From the NCBI GenBank assembly GCA_050084515.1, contig CM114271.1, positions 124,001 to 188,000 on the forward strand: a DNA stretch of 64,000 bases, in the 5' to 3' direction. Position 1 is the first letter of the stretch; the number at the start of each line of letters is the position of its first letter. This DNA comes from Blasia pusilla (lineage: Eukaryota). Below the pieces are notes generated by a model, which had not been told where the DNA came from, searched no databases, and saw nothing but the letters and a program-made list of their open reading frames with translations. This document shows, piece by piece, positions 39,501-52,400 of this stretch. A program made the position numbers and the translations under genes.

Positions 39501-42500
39501 TGTGCATAGTTCAGAAAAAGTAGGCGTCTTCTCTCTCACTGCTAGAGAGTTTATGAAGTCCCCGTAGGAGTCTTGGGCCATACTATTCATCATAGTGGCT
39601 GCCATGGTTTCAACATCAATTAAGACCTTAACTTCTGCCAAATCATCTCTTAGCTCTTTCATAATGCTGAGGTGTGAATACATAGTCGAGGTCGAGCTAA
39701 TCTTCATTGAGTAAATTCGCCTCTGCAATGCCAGTTTTCTGGTCATGCTTGTGCTAGCATGAACCGCTTCAAGTGTAGTCCAAGCTTCCTTGGAGGTCTA
39801 TGCATGTTTCAAATGAGGGATTTGAGAATATCTCGTTGACATCATCAGAATTCCAAGGGCCTTTAGATCTCTCTTCTCAAAGTCTGTCGTGGTCTTCTCT
39901 TCTCTGCCATCAACTATATCGTAAAGATCAGATGCCATCAGAATGGCCTTCATCCTGTATCGCCAAGTGCCGTAATTGCTCTTATCGAGCTTGTGGCTCT
40001 CACTCAATATGTTGTCGGTAAGGCTCGTCATCTTTGATCTTGATAGGTGCTTGCTTCGATCTTGCTGGTCCTCCTTGCCTGCATATGATCGACTTCTGAT
40101 TGCTAGTCTTATTCCTCTTCTCTCAGCTTGATATTTGTCCCTAAGAAAAAAGAAAAATAAGGTACAAACAGGGTACACACTTCTCTTCACTTGCATGCTC
40201 CTGTTATCCAGAGTTCTGTCCTATTTTTACTGTATGTGAGAGGTGTCGGAGTATGCTTATTGTCCTGTCCTATTCTCTGTCCTACCAATCTCACTCGGAG
40301 TAGGAAGTAGCTCTCGTAATAACTCAGCTTGTGAGAAATTGCTAGAGATCTCACGCGTAATATGCATGAGTTTCAGTTTGTAAGAAATTGTCTCACATGA
40401 AACCTGCTCGGATACCATGAAGTCTATTTCAGCAATTCTAGTGAGCGGAATTTTTGGTCTCTGCCATTGATTATGTGAAGCGTTTATGTTGGAATGTGTA
40501 AACGGCAACAAGCAGCGCTGCACCGTAAACAAACAGGCTTCAACGTAAACGCTGCAAGGCAAGTTTACGTAAACACTGAATAGACGAGTTAGGCTCCAAT
40601 CAAACAGCATACAAACGAGCACTTAACTCATGTATAAAACTCTTCACATGGCTGTGACCATTTAATTCCGCTCAGCAGAATTTCTGAAATAAACTTCATG
40701 GTATTAGAGCAGGTTTCATGTGAGATTTCTAACAATTTCTTACAAACTGAAACTCGTGCATTTTACGCGTGAGATCTCTAGCAATTTCTCACAAGCTGAA
40801 ACTGCACCTGAGCAGTTTACGAGAGCTACTTCCTGCTCCGAGTGAGATTGGTACTCATATACAGAGAGAATAGGACAGGCAGAACTCTGTATCCTTTTGA
40901 CAAGGACAATAAGCATACTCCTAATAGAGGTACTCATATACAGAGAGAATAGGACAGGCAGAAATCTGTACCCTTTTGATAGGGAGAGTAAGCATACTCC
41001 CAATAGAGTGACAAATATCAAGCTAAGAGAAGAGGAAGAAGACTAGCAATCTGAATTCGATCATATGCAGGCAAGGAGGACCAGCAAGATCGAAGCGAGC
41101 ACCTATCAAGATCAAAGATGACAAGCCTTACCAACAACATATTGAGTGAGAGCCACAAGCTCGATGAGAGCAATTACGGCACTTGGCGATACAGGATGAA
41201 GGCCATTCTGATGGCATCTGATCTTTACGATATAGTTGATGGCAGAGAAGAGAAGACCACGACAGACTTTGAGAAGAGAGATCTAAAGGCCCTTGGAATT
41301 CTGATGATGTCAACGAGATATTCTCAAATCCCTCATTTGAAACATGCATAGACCTCCAAGGAAGCTTGGACTACACTTGAAGCGGTTCATGCTAGCACAA
41401 GCATGACCAGAAAACTGGCATTGCAGAGGCGAATTTACTCAATGAAGATTAGCTCGACCTCGACTATGTATTCACACCTCAGCATTATGAAAGAGCTAAG
41501 AGATGATTTGGCAGAAGTTAAGGTCTTAATTGATGATGAAACCATGGCAGCCACTATGATGAATAGTGTGGCCCAAGACTCCTACGGGGACTTCATAAAC
41601 TCTCTAGCCGTGAGAGAAAAGACGCCTACTTTTTCTGAACTATGCACACTCCTACTTGACGAAGAAAGGAGACGCAACGACCTTGCTGCCCAAGAAGGAC
41701 AAGAATTAGGACCTAGTGCTCTATTCAGCCAGAAGAAGGGAACATTCCCTCGTCAATATGAAGAAAGGCGATCACAAGAGCGCAACACATCCGGACCAAA
41801 GGCCCAAACCTTCCGCACCACCGAGAAAAAGTTCAATGGTAAGACCTATAGCACTACCAGCAAGAAGGAGTGCACAATATGCGGTAAGATTGGCCATGAC
41901 TCCAATCAATGTTGGTACAGGAATGATCGCCACAATCGATCAATGAGACCACAAGAAAAGCAACGAAGCTTCCTCGCCAAGAATGGGAGAAGCAATCAAG
42001 CACTCACACCAGAAAGTGAAGATGATGCACGAGGACTTATCTCGGCATTGGTTACCACAAGCCAAGTGGACAAGTGGTTCTTTGATAGCGGCGCCAACAA
42101 CCACATGATAAAAAATAAAGGTTGGTTCACATCTTACAAACCTTTGATGAATGGACCTGAAGTATCAATGGGAGACGGCTCCATTCACTCTGCGATTAGG
42201 GAAGGAGATGTGCAAGTGACATTGCCCTCGGGTGAAGATTATACAATCAAGGATGTGTGGCATATTCCAGATTTAACACACAACCTTATCTCCATCGGCC
42301 AGATCACCGAAAGAGAGAATATGAAGGTTGTTTTTGATTCCAAAGGATGCAAGTTCTTACGAGAGGCCAACAATTCTGTCGCTGCCCAAGGAGTAAGGTA
42401 TGGACGACTATATAAACTTTTAAGCAAGCCGAGCCCTCAACTATTTGCAAGATCTTCAAACCAACTACAAGTTTGGCATGAAAGACTTGGGCACTTTAAC

Positions 42501-45500
42501 ACGAAGGGCCTCAAGTTGTTAAGCAAAGACAATATGGTTGGAGGGTTACCTAAATTAAGTGGAGAAATATGCACTTGTGACACTTGCTTACGAGGCAAGA
42601 AATCGAGGCAAAAGTATGACAAACATACCCTCTCAAGGGCTCCAACTCCCCTCCACCTAGTCCACATCGACCTTGGAGGACCAATTCAAACGGCTTCACT
42701 ATCAGGGGCAAGGTACTACATGCTATTAGTTGATGACCATTCAAGATTTATGTGGGTTTATTTCCTACAACACAAATCCAATGCATTAGGTATACTCAAG
42801 AAATTTCTTACATTGATGAGAACTCAATCTACTACAAAGAAAGTGGGATCCTTGCATCTACACCTTGGCAAGCCGCCTCAAAGGTGAAGGTGATACTAAC
42901 GGATAGGGGAGGTGAATTCATGGGGAAAGCATTTGAGACCTTTTTTGTTGCGATCATGGCATCCGTCATCAACTTACTACGGCCTCTACAAACCCACAAC
43001 AAAATGGTATTGTTGAGAGGAGGAATCGAACGGTAGTTGAGATGGCAAGGTGCATGTTGAAGGGGCAAAATCTCCCCAACTATCTCTGGGCAGAGGCCAT
43101 AAACACGGCCATCTACATCCTCAACAAGTGCCCAACAAGGGTTTTGGAGGAGAAAACGCTTGAAGAAGTCTTCACTGGCATCAAACCAAATGTCTCACAC
43201 CTTCGAATCTTTGGGTGTGGAGCTTATGCACATATACCAAAAGAATTGAGGAGAAAACTTGATGATAAAAGTGTGAGATGCATATTTATTGGCTATGGCA
43301 CTAGAGAGAAAGCTTACAAGCTCTTCTCCTTGGAGCACCACAAGGTGTTTATGAGCCGTGACGTCATATTTGATGAAGACACTCCCCACTCCGAAGAGCA
43401 TCAATCAAACGACCGAGAGTGGCCTCAAACCTCCCCGAATGAGGAGTCAGAAAATGAATCTGACAAGGATACACCATCCTCAGGGCCCACAACTCATGTT
43501 GATCCACCACCAACACTTGGTGAAAGAGGTCAAGGATTGGACAATATGGAGTCCACACTTACGCTACCACCTCCACGAAGGTCAAGTCGACTACGCCAAC
43601 TTCTTTCCAACTTACGAGAGGATTACATTTTACACATGGCTTTCTTTCTAAGTCATACACCATTTTAGCAAGCTCCTAGTGAGCCTCAATCATTCCAAGA
43701 GGCATGCACTAATCCACATTGGCAACATGCAATGACCGAGGAGTACAATGCCATAGTTGCCAACCGAACATGGGACCTGGTCCGTCTCCCATCAGGGAGG
43801 ACTGCTATCCCTACAAAGTGGGTTTATAAGTGTAAGTACAACGCTGATGGATCGTTGTCCAGGTACAAGGAAAGGCTAGTAGCAAAAGGCTATCGACAAC
43901 GCCAAGGCATTGATTATGATGAGACATATGCATCAGTTGCAAAAATTACCACGATTCGAGTGATCATATCTCTTGCAGTCATGTTTGATTGGCCCCTATT
44001 GCAGATGGATGTTTCAAAATGCCTTCTTAAATGGCACTTTGGAAGAAGAGGTATATCTACAACAACCTCAAGGGTTTACTGCTCCTGGAACTGAAGACCT
44101 TGTTTGCAAGATGCGGAAAGCTCTTTATGGCCTGATGCAAGCAAATCGAATCTGGAATCAAACCTTTGACTCGACTATGTTAAACAAACTTGGATTTGCA
44201 AAGAGTAAACACGACCCGAACCTTTATCTCAAGATCTCTACTTACGGGATTGTCATTGTGATCTTATATATGGATGACTTGATCATTACTGGAGATGATG
44301 TACAAGGGATACGTGATCTTAAAGAAGGACTCTCCTCTTCATTCAAAATGAAAGATCTTGGGAGTTTACACTTGTGCCTAGGACTTGAAGTAAAGCGAGG
44401 GCCAAAAATGACCTTCTTGACTCAAGAAAGGCATATAGCTATCTTGCTTCAAACTTTTGGCCTAGAGGACTGCAAATCAACACCCACTCCAACGAGTACA
44501 GAGAGACTTACTTATAATGATCAAGAGGAGAAGGTGGACTTGAAAGAGTACCAAAAATTGGTGGGCTCACTTATCTATATCACCAACTCCCGACCAGATA
44601 TTGCATATGCAGTAAGCCAGATCAGCCAACATATGGCTAATCCCCGAAAGTCTCACCTTATTGCAGCAAAGAGGGTGGCAAGGTATCTTAAGGGTACAAA
44701 CACATTTGGGCTTGCCTACGAGAGAGGAATCCAACAAGCTCTGATAATCTTGGGATTCTCAGATGTTGATTATGCAGGTTGTTGTCTAATCAGTCGCAGA
44801 TCAACGTCAGGATATTTCTTCTCCTTTGGAAGTGCGGCTCTAAGCTTCTCATCAAAGAAGCAAGCCTCAACTTCTCTATCTTCCACGGAGGCAGAGTACC
44901 GTGGAGTGACAAATGCCACAATGGAAGCCATATGGCTTAGAGGACTATTGGCTGAACTTTGGTTTACCCAATCTGATCCTACTGTAATCTTGGGAGATAA
45001 CATTAGTTCTATTTATTTGTCCAGAAATCCACTCTTCCATTCACGAACCAAATATATCTAAGTGCAGCATCACTTTGTTCGAGAAAAGGTACCGAGTGGG
45101 GACATTAATGTTGTGTGGTGTCCGGGAGACGAACATCTTCACCAAAGGCCTTCCTACAGCTAAGTTTGAAAGATTTAGATCACTTCTTGGTGTTTTAGAT
45201 TCTGTATAAAAACATATGTGTTCAAAGAGGATTCCGTTTAGGGAGGATGTTGGAATGTGTAAACGGCAACAAGCAGCGCTGCACCGTAAACAAACAGGCT
45301 TCAACATAAACGCTGCATAGACAAGTTAGGCTCCAATCAAACAGCATACAAACCAGCACATAACTCATGTATAAAACTCTTCACATGGCTCTGACCATTT
45401 AATTCCGCTAAGTAGAATTGCTGAAATAAACTTCAGTTTATACTGCCATTGCTTATGTGAAACCTTTTATACATGGTTGCATGCTGTTTGATTGGAGCTA

Positions 45501-45573
45501 ACTACGATGAGCCTAACTCGTCTATGCACCCACAGTTTTGTTTACGGCTTGTTGCCGTTTACACATTCCAACA
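36555..45573 (-). mobile_element. Outer Ty1/Copia LTR retrotransposon, RT region largely deleted, 5' LTR interrupted by a nested Copia
   Basis: The minus strand starts TGTTGGAATG at 45573 and ends AAACTTCA at 36555. TSD AAATC lies at 36550-36554 and 45574-45578. PBS TGGTATCCGAGC at ~40417-40406. Gag/PR/IN/RT ORF pieces span 37219-40031. Confidence 0.9.
40487..45435 (+). mobile_element. Inner full-length Ty1/Copia LTR retrotransposon (gag-PR-IN-RT-RNaseH, disrupted)
   Basis: TG..CA LTRs at 40487-40698 and 45248-45435, with TSD GTTTA on both sides. PBS TGGTATTAGAGC at 40699 and a purine tract before the 3' LTR. Motifs CTICGKIGHDSNQC, DSGANNHM, WHERLGH, LYMDDL and SSTEAEY in Copia domain order. 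Confidence 0.96.
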
Positions 45574-45679
45574 AAATCAGATTCGTAGCAGTAAATTATC
45601 AAAAGTACACGAACAACGTTCTTGCGATCGAAGTGCAGTGTACTAGCTTAAAGTAAGAGACTGCATTCTGCGGGTTCCA

Positions 45680-45891
45680 GCTGCAATAAATACGGCGCGC
45701 AGACTGGTTCTACCTTGGACAACGGACCCTAGTCCGAATATTTGTGCAACACTGATATACTCTTCACCATCTTTGTGGTTATGGGAGATTGGCTGTTCAT
45801 TTCGGTTTCGCGAACGACAGCCAAGTCAACGAACGTCTGACAAGTATTTTCGCCTACGAAGGTAGCTAGGAGGTCCATCACAGCCGGCTGG
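45680..45891 (-). pseudogene. MiAMP1-like secreted peptide pseudogene fragment (copy 6), 5' end missing
   Basis: Across frameshifts the minus strand reads PAGCDGPP / FVGENTCQTFVDLAVVRETE / HNHKDGEEYISVAQIFGLGSVVQGRTSLRAVFI. Confidence 0.85.
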
Positions 45892-46342
45892 AGTCGAGTT
45901 ACGTTAACCATGGATTTATGTTTTCCATATTCATGCAATGACCAGGCGCAGGTCCTGGGTTGAATCTTCCAACCTATCGAATTCATTTCTAACCCATCTC
46001 ACACTAACCCGAGATCGAGACTTGTCACTACTACAAGTACGAGTGATACACCCTCGCACGATTCGATTCGATTCGATTCGATTGATCGCCATGATCAATC
46101 GAATGGATGGAAACATACATCTTGACAGCTAGGGGTCGCGTTGTCCATTGCAAAAGCTCAAAAGGCAACGTAGGTTCAGTTGTGAAAAAGACCTTCTCGT
46201 CCCTGGGCACATATACTGTGGATCTATCCATGCGGAAGATTTATAGGATCGACGGCACGTCTCTGCTTGACCAAAATTGTCCCGCGCCCATGCAAGTCCA
46301 CCTGACCTATCAATACGTTTTTGTGTTGCCTTGAGAATGGCA

Positions 46343-46414
46343 GCTCGGAGGGTTGGTTAATGAAAAATGCCCACGTTTTGACGTGGGCATTTTTCATTAA
46401 CCAACCCTCCGAGC
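46343..46414. repeat. Perfect inverted repeat, 34-bp arms with 4-nt loop
   Basis: gctcggagggttggttaatgaaaaatgcccacgt-tttg-acgtgggcatttttcattaaccaaccctccgagc. Confidence 0.95.
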
Positions 46415-46719
46415 CGGCGGAAACACTTTATGTCAACTTCTCCCTGCCAACTTCTCCTTGCTTCTAGCGTCCTCCTGTATTTTCTTCAGGTGTAGACTTT
46501 GAACACGGCTGTTTGGCAAGTGTGATCGGACGATTTTTCACGTTCCCGGCCTCGTGAATTCACATGACTGTGATGTGATTCATGGTAATCCACTTCTTCT
46601 TCGTCTTGAGTGAGCGTAGTGGGTACGTGGCGCTTACACCTACCTGACGTTTCTGAATTGCAGTGTATTGAGAATCAAAAGTCACCTGCACTTGGGCAAT
46701 AAATGCCTGTCGGGTCCCT

Positions 46720-47490
46720 CTTATGGCTTTCGTTGAGATTCCGTATATAGCCGTAATGACCACTTTAGCATTAGGCTTTTCACTTGGGCTAAAGAATAGG
46801 GTTCACGATGCACTCCGGGATAATATGTTTCCTATTGCTCGGGGAGTGGTTTTCATGCGCACACAAATGTATTATTCCATGCGTGATTCTCTTATATGTG
46901 TTAATCTCTACATGACGCGGGAAATCTGAGGTGGTGGTAGCGGATGTTGTCGTGACGGATCTTACGCGAGAGGCGGTGGGAGCTCAAGTGGTGGCACAAG
47001 GAAGATTGCTACAAGGAGCGGCAGCGGCGGCGGAATAGAAGACCATATTTATAGTCGACTTCATGACAGATCGATTTATCCCCCTAGCCATTGAGATATA
47101 CGTGGCTCTGGGGGAGAGGATTGACTTGTTCTTTACGGATTGCGCCTACAATCTCTAGTCAAGAAATGGGTTGTCTCTACTCACTACGATACTTTATTGT
47201 AGGCAACAGGTCTTCGTAGCTTTGCAGCGTGCCTACGCAAATGGGCTTTTACGGCGGCCCAGGCGGTTGGAGACACCAATGCTAGAGGCCCACTTAGTAG
47301 TATCCATAGTTCTCTAGGTGTTGCTGATTTTGTCTCTGTTGTTGGTGATTTTGGTCGTTGGGGGGGGAAAGCCCCCTTCTATCTCTTCGGGGCCAATTTT
47401 GGCCCGCGGATTTTTTGGCTCTCTATGCCCCCATCCTTTTTATCCTGATGGATTTTCCATCCAAGTTTCTATTAAAGTTTATATTATATT
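46720..47490 (+). mobile_element. 5'-truncated CRE element (endonuclease region plus 3' UTR)
   Basis: Colinear with ~5920-6740 (cacgatgca..., gtggtggtagcggatgttgt, ggaagattgctacaaggagcggc). Ends gatggattttccatcc..gtttatattatatt. Confidence 0.88.
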
Positions 47491-47639
47491 ATACTTTTAC
47501 ACTATGAAATGGTGGTCCTCGTTCTCACCCATTTTCGTTGAACCACTACATATTTTACATATGCAATCTTATAGGTTCTAGCTAGATTCCATGGATACCA
47601 AAACTGGCTACAATAGAAAAGAAATATGAACCTCAATAA

Positions 47640-48494
47640 GCAACACGGTATAGAAGCATCATAAATATCACATTTCAAATTGTGGTAAATTCCTTGTTGA
47701 TATCTACAACTTTCTATTAAGTAGAACTATAGTTCTTATCAAGAGTGATTCCTTCTCAAGGACTCTAGTACTCTTACCTTTTCTCTCTCCATATAAGATT
47801 GACAAGTCCCTCGCTAGAACCTAAGACAAGTTCCGTATATTTTTCCATGAAATAAAAATAGATGCACATATTTGAGAAGGATGAATAGAAAGTAATTATT
47901 GAACGTGTGGATAGGTTTGATGACTTTAAAAAAACATGGAGAGGACGCAAGGACCACCACATTTAAATATTCACTCACATAGAAGAATTTTTTGTCATGA
48001 AATCAACATGCCTAAAAATCCCTTTAGGTGTAGACAAATTAATCACTCTTATTGTCAAATTTTGACACTTAGGTTGTAAGAATTATTTTAATCTTTATTT
48101 TCGCATAAATTATTTTAAATATGAATATGAATAAGTTTTAAATTCTAAATTTAAATATTTTTTCTTTCAAACATATAAGTAACTTAAATTATTCTTGGAG
48201 AGCGCCCTTTCATTTTGCAAACTCCTCTTCTCTTGGATCTATCAACCAATACGATTGCTTGCCTTACTCTGAGAAAATGAAATCCTAAACGATTAAAGCT
48301 CGAACTTACACTAGAAATATGAACCTCAATATGCAATCTTATAGGAGAGAGAAAAGGTAAGAGTACTAGAGTCCTTAAGAAGGAATCACTCTTGATAAGA
48401 ACTATAGTTCTACTTAATAGAAAGTTGTAGATATCAACAAGGAATTTACCACAATTTGAAATGTGATATTTTTGATGCTTTTATACCGTGTTGC
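47640..48494. repeat. Long inverted repeat (~160-bp arms, ~530-bp AT-rich spacer), MITE/foldback-like
   Basis: 47640-47800 is the near-perfect reverse complement of 48334-48494. Confidence 0.85.
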
Positions 48495-51400
48495 ATTTAT
48501 GCCAATGGGTCTTCTATTGAATGTTCCAACATCGAAAATTACAAACGGCTTTCTTACAAAATGGAAGGCTTTATTTTGTCGCTGCTTGGGAATTAGGGTT
48601 TGGACAGAAGAATTCATTTATGGGCTCATGAATCTCTTTCAAGTCTACTAGCACTTCCCTTACATATAACCTAGAAGTCCCATGATTTGCCACTTCTTGG
48701 AATTGCATTTCAAAGCTTACCTCATGTGAGAATTGTAAACCATTCAAAACTTTTATTCGGGCTATGAGAATCCCACTCAATGGAAGACAAAAGGTTCAAA
48801 ATAAAGACCTGTGAAATTCATTATTTAGGTATATCTTATCTGGAGTGTACCAAAAGAGTGTATCATGGCAATCCAAAGGTCACAAGAAGTTATCAAAATA
48901 ATATATCATTGTCATAGCAATCACAAGGCACATCTTGCCTCTTCTATTGAAGGACTAGGAGCATTATATAGTAAAGTAAATATCTACAATAATATAAAAT
49001 TTTCCAGTATTTTGAAAAGATATCAGGCTATAACAGTCATGATGGATTCCGATCGTGGATTCTCCGCAGATTGCTATTCCACTTCTTATTTAGGGACAGA
49101 TTGCATTTTCATATCAAAAGATAAAACAATGTTTCAATATCGTTTGCTTTATGATTTGATTTGATTTATTACATTGTAAATCACACTGATGTCTTATCTA
49201 AATTAATTTGATCTACTACCTTGTAAGTCAAACAATCCAAATAGATATGGGTATTTATTTTATATTGTGGCGTATTTTAAGTTAATTCTTCGAGATCTAC
49301 ACTTCCGAAAATAATGAAAGATAACCCCAAATAATCAAGGCTTACATGCTCAAACCAAGAAAAATTTAATAAACATGTTTCGATTTATTTGAAATCAAGC
49401 AAAAAAACTTACTATCTCATGTCAATTGCCATATTAGATATAGTAATCTTTCCACTTTATGAAATGACCCTTCACCTGCCAAAACAGATCAAGGGTGAAA
49501 GAGATGACATGCGTGCATTGTTTATCATGTAGACATGGGAGAGAGGAATCCATGCAAGAAAAAACGATAAATTTATTCCCTTTTCGTCGAAACATTTAAT
49601 ATAAGACAACAAAATTATTATCTTCCTACATAGAATGGGTAATCCAAACTTCTCACTATCAAAATATAATTATTTCAATATGAAAAGATACAAATATGAA
49701 CATGAACAAATATTATATTGAGAAAAATCATGATTTATTGAAAATATTTTGAAATTTTATATGCTGTAAATTAATATGAAATAATATTTTTATTAATGAT
49801 ATCCTATCAGACAATTTGTTCGCCCACAATCATATCTTCATCCCTCTTCCAACTATAGGGATAAATTCGTGCAAAAATACAACCAGCTATATCAGAATAA
49901 AATTCCTATATTAAAAAATACATTATTCAACATCAATAATCATTTTTATCATCCACAATCACAAACACCAAAGAATACTTATTGAGTAAGTCCCTATATC
50001 CAGATTCGCTAAATTACCTACAAATTATAAAAGAAATTGAGACGCCCCACCTTCCACATATTTTAATAACTCCGCCAACCATTTCTTTGGAGTATATCAT
50101 TTCAGTTGAAACAATTGCATATCAAATTCATCCATGCATTCACAACTTGCCCAAAATGGCAAGTTTCTTTGGTTTAACTTAAGGTCCATGGTGGTTATTA
50201 TAATCTAGTTTCCATCTAGACGAGTCAATCTCACTTACCAAGAAGTAATTCTCAACCAACCCCACCCAATTCTCAACCCATCCCACCCCAACCAGCACCC
50301 AACTTCCCCAATCCTTGCATTTGCTCAATCTTTCCATAAAACATATGACAACTCATACATATGAAATAGCCCATTCCAATGAAATATATTAAAATTACAT
50401 TGCAAATGCATTTAGAGGAGAGATCCACAAATCTAAAATGGTGTAACCTATCCAACATTACCTTCTTCACAACCTATTCATGTTACACTATTCAAAAAGA
50501 TAACAAAATGTCAAACTAACTACTCCTTACCAAGTGTTCACTCACCCTCAATAAAAACTATGAATAAAATCATGATGAGAGTGATGGTGCGCACCAACTA
50601 TTCCTTAACATTTGTTCACTCGCCGCAAACAGGACCAGGATCCAGATCCAACCCCATTCACACATCCAAATCTGCAACCACCTAAAATGTATTCCCATTG
50701 CAAATGTCATTTATTGTTGGGGTCACCTCAACATTTCAACATACAAAGAAACAAAGTAATAAAGGTGGGGCAAACAACAACCATTGCTTACACAAAATGA
50801 AAATAAACAAAGAATGAAGTCATCCATACCTCAAAAGAAGGCCTGTAAATTTCAGATTACTGATCTTCAGCTCTCTACGCCATGTTTTGGTGCGAACTAT
50901 AATCAAAAAGATTGTCGATTGGTACCGGAAGACCTCCACATACAATCTTACAGTCATACCCACAACCTCAATGTGCAAATTGCAGTGACAGATCAAATTG
51001 GTATCTATTTTGACCGAGCAGCAACGAACTTGGATGGGAAGAGTAAGCAGATACATCCACTTAAGATACGCATATGAGAGCAACCAACAGTAGAACAATC
51101 ACCCTCAAATCTATGGCACCCAACATGGCCACTGGGTTTCAGCTTACCAAGCTTGCAATACTGGATGGAGGCAACATACTCCAATGAGTTCTACTTCTCT
51201 AAAGACCTGCCTTCCATGGAATATATCCTATCCTTCAAACACCCATGTAACATTTAGCAATATTGACCTCATGAGTACTATCCATGAACTTCAAGTCATT
51301 TAGGATGTAATCGATAAGAGAAGGCCTAGAATTATACACATGATTAAATGATAGCTCTCACGGGAAACTTATGTTACACACGAAACCAAGTCTGTCACAC

Positions 51401-51599
51401 CTGCTGTAATCTTAGTATAATTCTTTCGTTTATACAAACCAAATTTCATACAAAATAGACAAGGCACAAGTGTTTAGCAGGGCTGCAAATCTTTTCACCC
51501 TTTGCAATCCCTAAACATTCCCTTTCGTGCTCTTAGACATCAAACCTAGTTATGACTTCTGGGACGGGCGATCTTGACTAAGCTGTGTCAAGGTTACCA

Positions 51600-52400
51600 A
51601 CATCATGCACTCCTGGAATCAACCTGTCAATCTCTAATGAATCTCTTCAACCTGGTCTGGCAGGCAGATGTCATTCAACAAAGGTGGCAGGTGGGAGTCA
51701 TTGTAAGCTTCTTCAAGTAGGGTAAATGCGAAGACCCTGGCGATTACTTTGCTTAGTGTGTTCAGGAAGCTTCTTTACCGTATACTCCACAATGGGATCT
51801 TCAAGTACCTGGAGGAGAATGCTGTCAGCAAGGAAGTCCAGGCCAGTTTCTGACAGGCCCAGGGATGCCTGGCTCTCACATCAGTCAGCTTATCCCATGT
51901 AGGAAAATAGAGGGGAAACCCACCTATTGCTTCTTCTTGGATATCAAGGCATATGAAACTCCATGGTGTAACTAACAGCCTGTCTTATAGCTTGAGGAAA
52001 GCAGGGCTCAGAGAAAAGATGTTGAGGGTGAGAAAAGATTACAGCAGGTGTGTAAACCATCACGAAAACAGCGCGAGCTGGTCCGCCGCTCAACGCGGGG
52101 CACTGGTCAGCGTGGGCTACCTCACCGGGACAAGAGCCGGCCTTGAGTACAGGTTTGGTGAATGGTCAGCAGACTGGTGACCTTTAACATCCAGCAGGGA
52201 GTGGCCCAAGGATGCCTGCTCTGCCCCACCCTCTTCAAGATTTTCAATTCCTTATTGGAGGAAGGGACAGTAGACTAGGCAACAGCTCTGTTGATGCTCT
52301 CATGTTTCCTGATGACTTGGGTGGACTAGAGGAATCAGGAGAGAAACACCATGAGATTATCTCCCTGACCAAAATTTGCTGTAACGCTTCAAGCCTGTCC
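51600..52400 (+). mobile_element. Decayed non-LTR retrotransposon RT (APE-type LINE, clade uncertain)
   Basis: Remnant motifs in order: FFK*GKCEDPG, ITLLSV, QASF, RKIEGKPTYCFFLDIKAY, LRKAGLREKMLRV and ALMFPDDL. Confidence 0.7.
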
